41,913 bases of DNA from an uncultured Bifidobacteriaceae bacterium (GTDB lineage: Bacteria > Bacteroidota > Bacteroidia > UKL13-3): the NCBI GenBank assembly GCA_964429245.1, contig CAYSBE010000005.1:1-41913 (forward strand), read 5' to 3'. The notes beneath the pieces are model-generated. The model was not told where the DNA came from, ran no database searches, and was given only the letters and a program-made list of their open reading frames with translations. The translations under genes and the position numbers were made by a program. Below, in pieces: positions 39,924 through 41,913 of this stretch. Within the stretch, counting starts at the first letter, position 1. Each line of letters starts with the position of its first letter.

Positions 39924-40839
39924 GTCTAAAACCGAAGTTCGATTGGAAGTAAGGCAACAAGTATGTTTGCAGTTCAGGAATAGCAAATGCCGTAACACCG
40001 GGTCTGAATTCAATGAAAAGCGATGCCTGATTGAGTACAGGTGTGGTTTTTCCCAGCCTGTAATTAACTCCGGATGGAATATAAGCTCCGAATATCCAAC
40101 CACTTTTATTATTGTACCATTCATTTTTTACCTGCTCGTCAGTAGATGAAATTATTGTACGGTTTTCTTCATCACCTGTTGTAAGGTATGTTTGAGAGCC
40201 ATAATAAATCTGCGTTTGGTTGTTAAATGTGAGTCCGGCTTGCAAACCCGCACCAATGAAAAATGAAAAACGCCTATCGGGATTGGTATGAAAAAGGATA
40301 TCGGCATTAACGCGCACTTGACTGGTAGAGTATGCCACATTCATTGATTCATAGAATACGGAGTCAGTAATAATGCGTTGACCACTTCCTGAAACAAAGG
40401 TATCGTAGGGTGTTACCACTTCATTCGACCAAAAACTGCCAAAACTTTGCATAGAGCCATAGCCAACACCAAAGCGCATTTGTGGACTGCGTTTTTCCCC
40501 TTTTCCAAAATTATATGTGCCAAACATGGCTTCAAACACAAAGCCACCCATAAAGGAGTTATTTACGGGAACATATTGATCAGTACTATAGTTGTAGTTA
40601 TTGTATCCGGGGTAACCGAACTGCCTTTTAAAGCGTGACAAATCGGATTGAAGTATTGTTGAACCCGGAGCCAGTTTTTGTGCATCACTCAATAACAAGG
40701 TGGGCGCAAAGTATCCTATTCCTCCCCATGAAAGGTACGCTTCATTGTAAGAGGGGCGTTCATATTTTTCTTGCGAAAAAACGTTGGTTTGTAAAAACAG
40801 GGTTGCAACAGCTAATGCAATAACATACTTATTTTTCAT
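39913..40839 (-). CDS. Hypothetical outer-membrane beta-barrel protein
   Basis: Signal peptide MKNKYVIALAVATLFLQTNVFSQ, amphipathic strands and a terminal NFGFRLRF (Phe-ending barrel signal). Confidence 0.75.
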   Translation of the reverse strand: MKNKYVIALAVATLFLQTNVFSQEKYERPSYNEAYLSWGGIGYFAPTLLLSDAQKLAPGSTILQSDLSRFKRQFGYPGYNNYNYSTDQYVPVNNSFMGGFVFEAMFGTYNFGKGEKRSPQMRFGVGYGSMQSFGSFWSNEVVTPYDTFVSGSGQRIITDSVFYESMNVAYSTSQVRVNADILFHTNPDRRFSFFIGAGLQAGLTFNNQTQIYYGSQTYLTTGDEENRTIISSTDEQVKNEWYNNKSGWIFGAYIPSGVNYRLGKTTPVLNQASLFIEFRPGVTAFAIPELQTYLLPYFQSNFGFRLRF

Positions 40840-40929
40840 GTTAAAATATTTAATGTGCGAAATTACCCTACTAAAACGTAGTATGAATATGATTATTGTC
40901 AATTGTATATTCGAAAAATAATAAAACGC

Positions 40930-41709
40930 TTATCGGCCTTTAAAATTGGGCTTTCGTTTCTCTACAAATGCATTCATGCCTTCTTTCTGGTCTTCGCTGG
41001 CAAAGCACATATAAAAGTTCTTGCGCTCAAAGTAGAGACCTTCTTGCAAGCCTGTATCAAATGCTTTTAAAACTGACTCTTTTGCCAAGCGAACAGCCAC
41101 AGGCGATTGGGCACATATTTCTTTTGCCAGTTTTAACGCTTCATCCAAGTATATTTCTTCAGGCACAATTCGGTTGATTAGCCCAGCTTTTAGGGCTTCA
41201 TCAGCCGATATAAATTTGCCTGTTAGCACCATTTCCATAGCCAGTGCCTTGCCAACAGCTTTGGTTAATCGCTGCGTGCCGCCAGCACCCGGCATAATGC
41301 CGATTTTAATTTCGGGTTGCCCGAATTTTGCACTTTCGGATGCCACAATCATGTCGCAGGTCATGGCCAGTTCGCAACCGCCACCTAACGCAAATCCTGA
41401 TACCGCAGCAATAATCGGCTTTTTGGTTTTACGTATCTGATCCCATGTTTCAAACTGGTCGATAATAAGCATATCAATAGCCGTGCGGCTTTCCATTTGT
41501 TTGATATCGGCACCGGCTGCAAATGCACGTTCATTGCCTGTTATAATGATGCAGCGAATAGACTCATCCGCATCGTATACGGACAGGGCATGTTTTATTT
41601 CCTGCATCAATTGTAGATTCAGGGCGTTTAATTCTTTAGGCCTATTAAGCCTGATTAGGGCTATGTGTTCGGCAAATGCTGGTTCGGCAATAATAAATTC
41701 GTAGTTCAT
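40930..41709 (-). CDS. Enoyl-CoA hydratase (crotonase family, PaaF-like)
   Basis: LNRPKELNAL, AFAAGADI, KPIIAAVSGFALGGGCELA, FGQPE..IG..PGAGGTQRL. Start placed at MNYEFI. Confidence 0.93.
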   Translation of the reverse strand: MNYEFIIAEPAFAEHIALIRLNRPKELNALNLQLMQEIKHALSVYDADESIRCIIITGNERAFAAGADIKQMESRTAIDMLIIDQFETWDQIRKTKKPIIAAVSGFALGGGCELAMTCDMIVASESAKFGQPEIKIGIMPGAGGTQRLTKAVGKALAMEMVLTGKFISADEALKAGLINRIVPEEIYLDEALKLAKEICAQSPVAVRLAKESVLKAFDTGLQEGLYFERKNFYMCFASEDQKEGMNAFVEKRKPNFKGR

Positions 41710-41874
41710 GTTATTTTCTTTAAATTTGCCCCTCACAAAAAGTACTACAAGAGGTAAGTGTGTTATTTATTGGGCACGATTTTACAAATAATATGAATAA
41801 AATCGTTAAAAGCTAATGGAATTAAAATAATTTGCCTCATATTTGCAGTCCTTTTTTCAAAAAAATAAAGCGCC

Positions 41875-41913
41875 ATGAGAGTTTGTGATTTAACAGGTAA
41901 AAGACCAGTAGTA
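41875..41913 (+). CDS. rpmB: 50S ribosomal protein L28, 5' fragment (runs off the window)
   Basis: Own translation MRVCDLTGKRPVV matches the L28 N-terminus (RVC.LTGK). A-rich leader, with CATATTTG upstream at 41838-41845. Confidence 0.85.
   Translation, partial: MRVCDLTGKRPVV

Noticed and set aside
41771-41786. GGCACGATTTT upstream of rpmB as a sigma-54 promoter
   Set aside because: The -12 element does not match, and a primary-sigma-like CATATTTG lies closer to the rpmB start.

Overview
This is a gene-dense, AT-rich core-chromosome segment from a member of Bacteroidota. That assignment rests on two clear and one divergent T9SS C-terminal domains, TAnnTTTG-type -7 promoter elements, A-rich translation starts without Shine-Dalgarno sequences, and a three-gene sdhCAB. 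Housekeeping genes dominate: uvrD/pcrA, pyrD, sdhCAB, riboflavin synthase, aspA, carA, eno, ftsB-like, mazG, mltG, mnmA, fbp, lysC, folK, a deoxynucleoside kinase, an enoyl-CoA hydratase and the start of rpmB. I found no CRISPR array, rRNA, tRNA, transposase, integrase, phage or recognisable defence genes. The points most worth following up are: (1) a tightly packed ~10.8 kb minus-strand envelope gene run linking a PASTA protein, a T9SS cargo with a triplicated domain, a rhodanese, a seven-CxxCH cytochrome with TPRs, mltG, an LTA-synthase-family enzyme, an MFS transporter and mazG; (2) about eight genes whose -7-like element ends 4-5 nt before the start codon, suggesting leaderless mRNAs; (3) a Fur-box-like palindrome upstream of sdhCAB; (4) gene remnants, namely an internally deleted META/HslJ-like gene, an orphan frame after a DUF481-like gene and a broken frame at the window start. 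The sequence alone does not prove any of these to be a new system.
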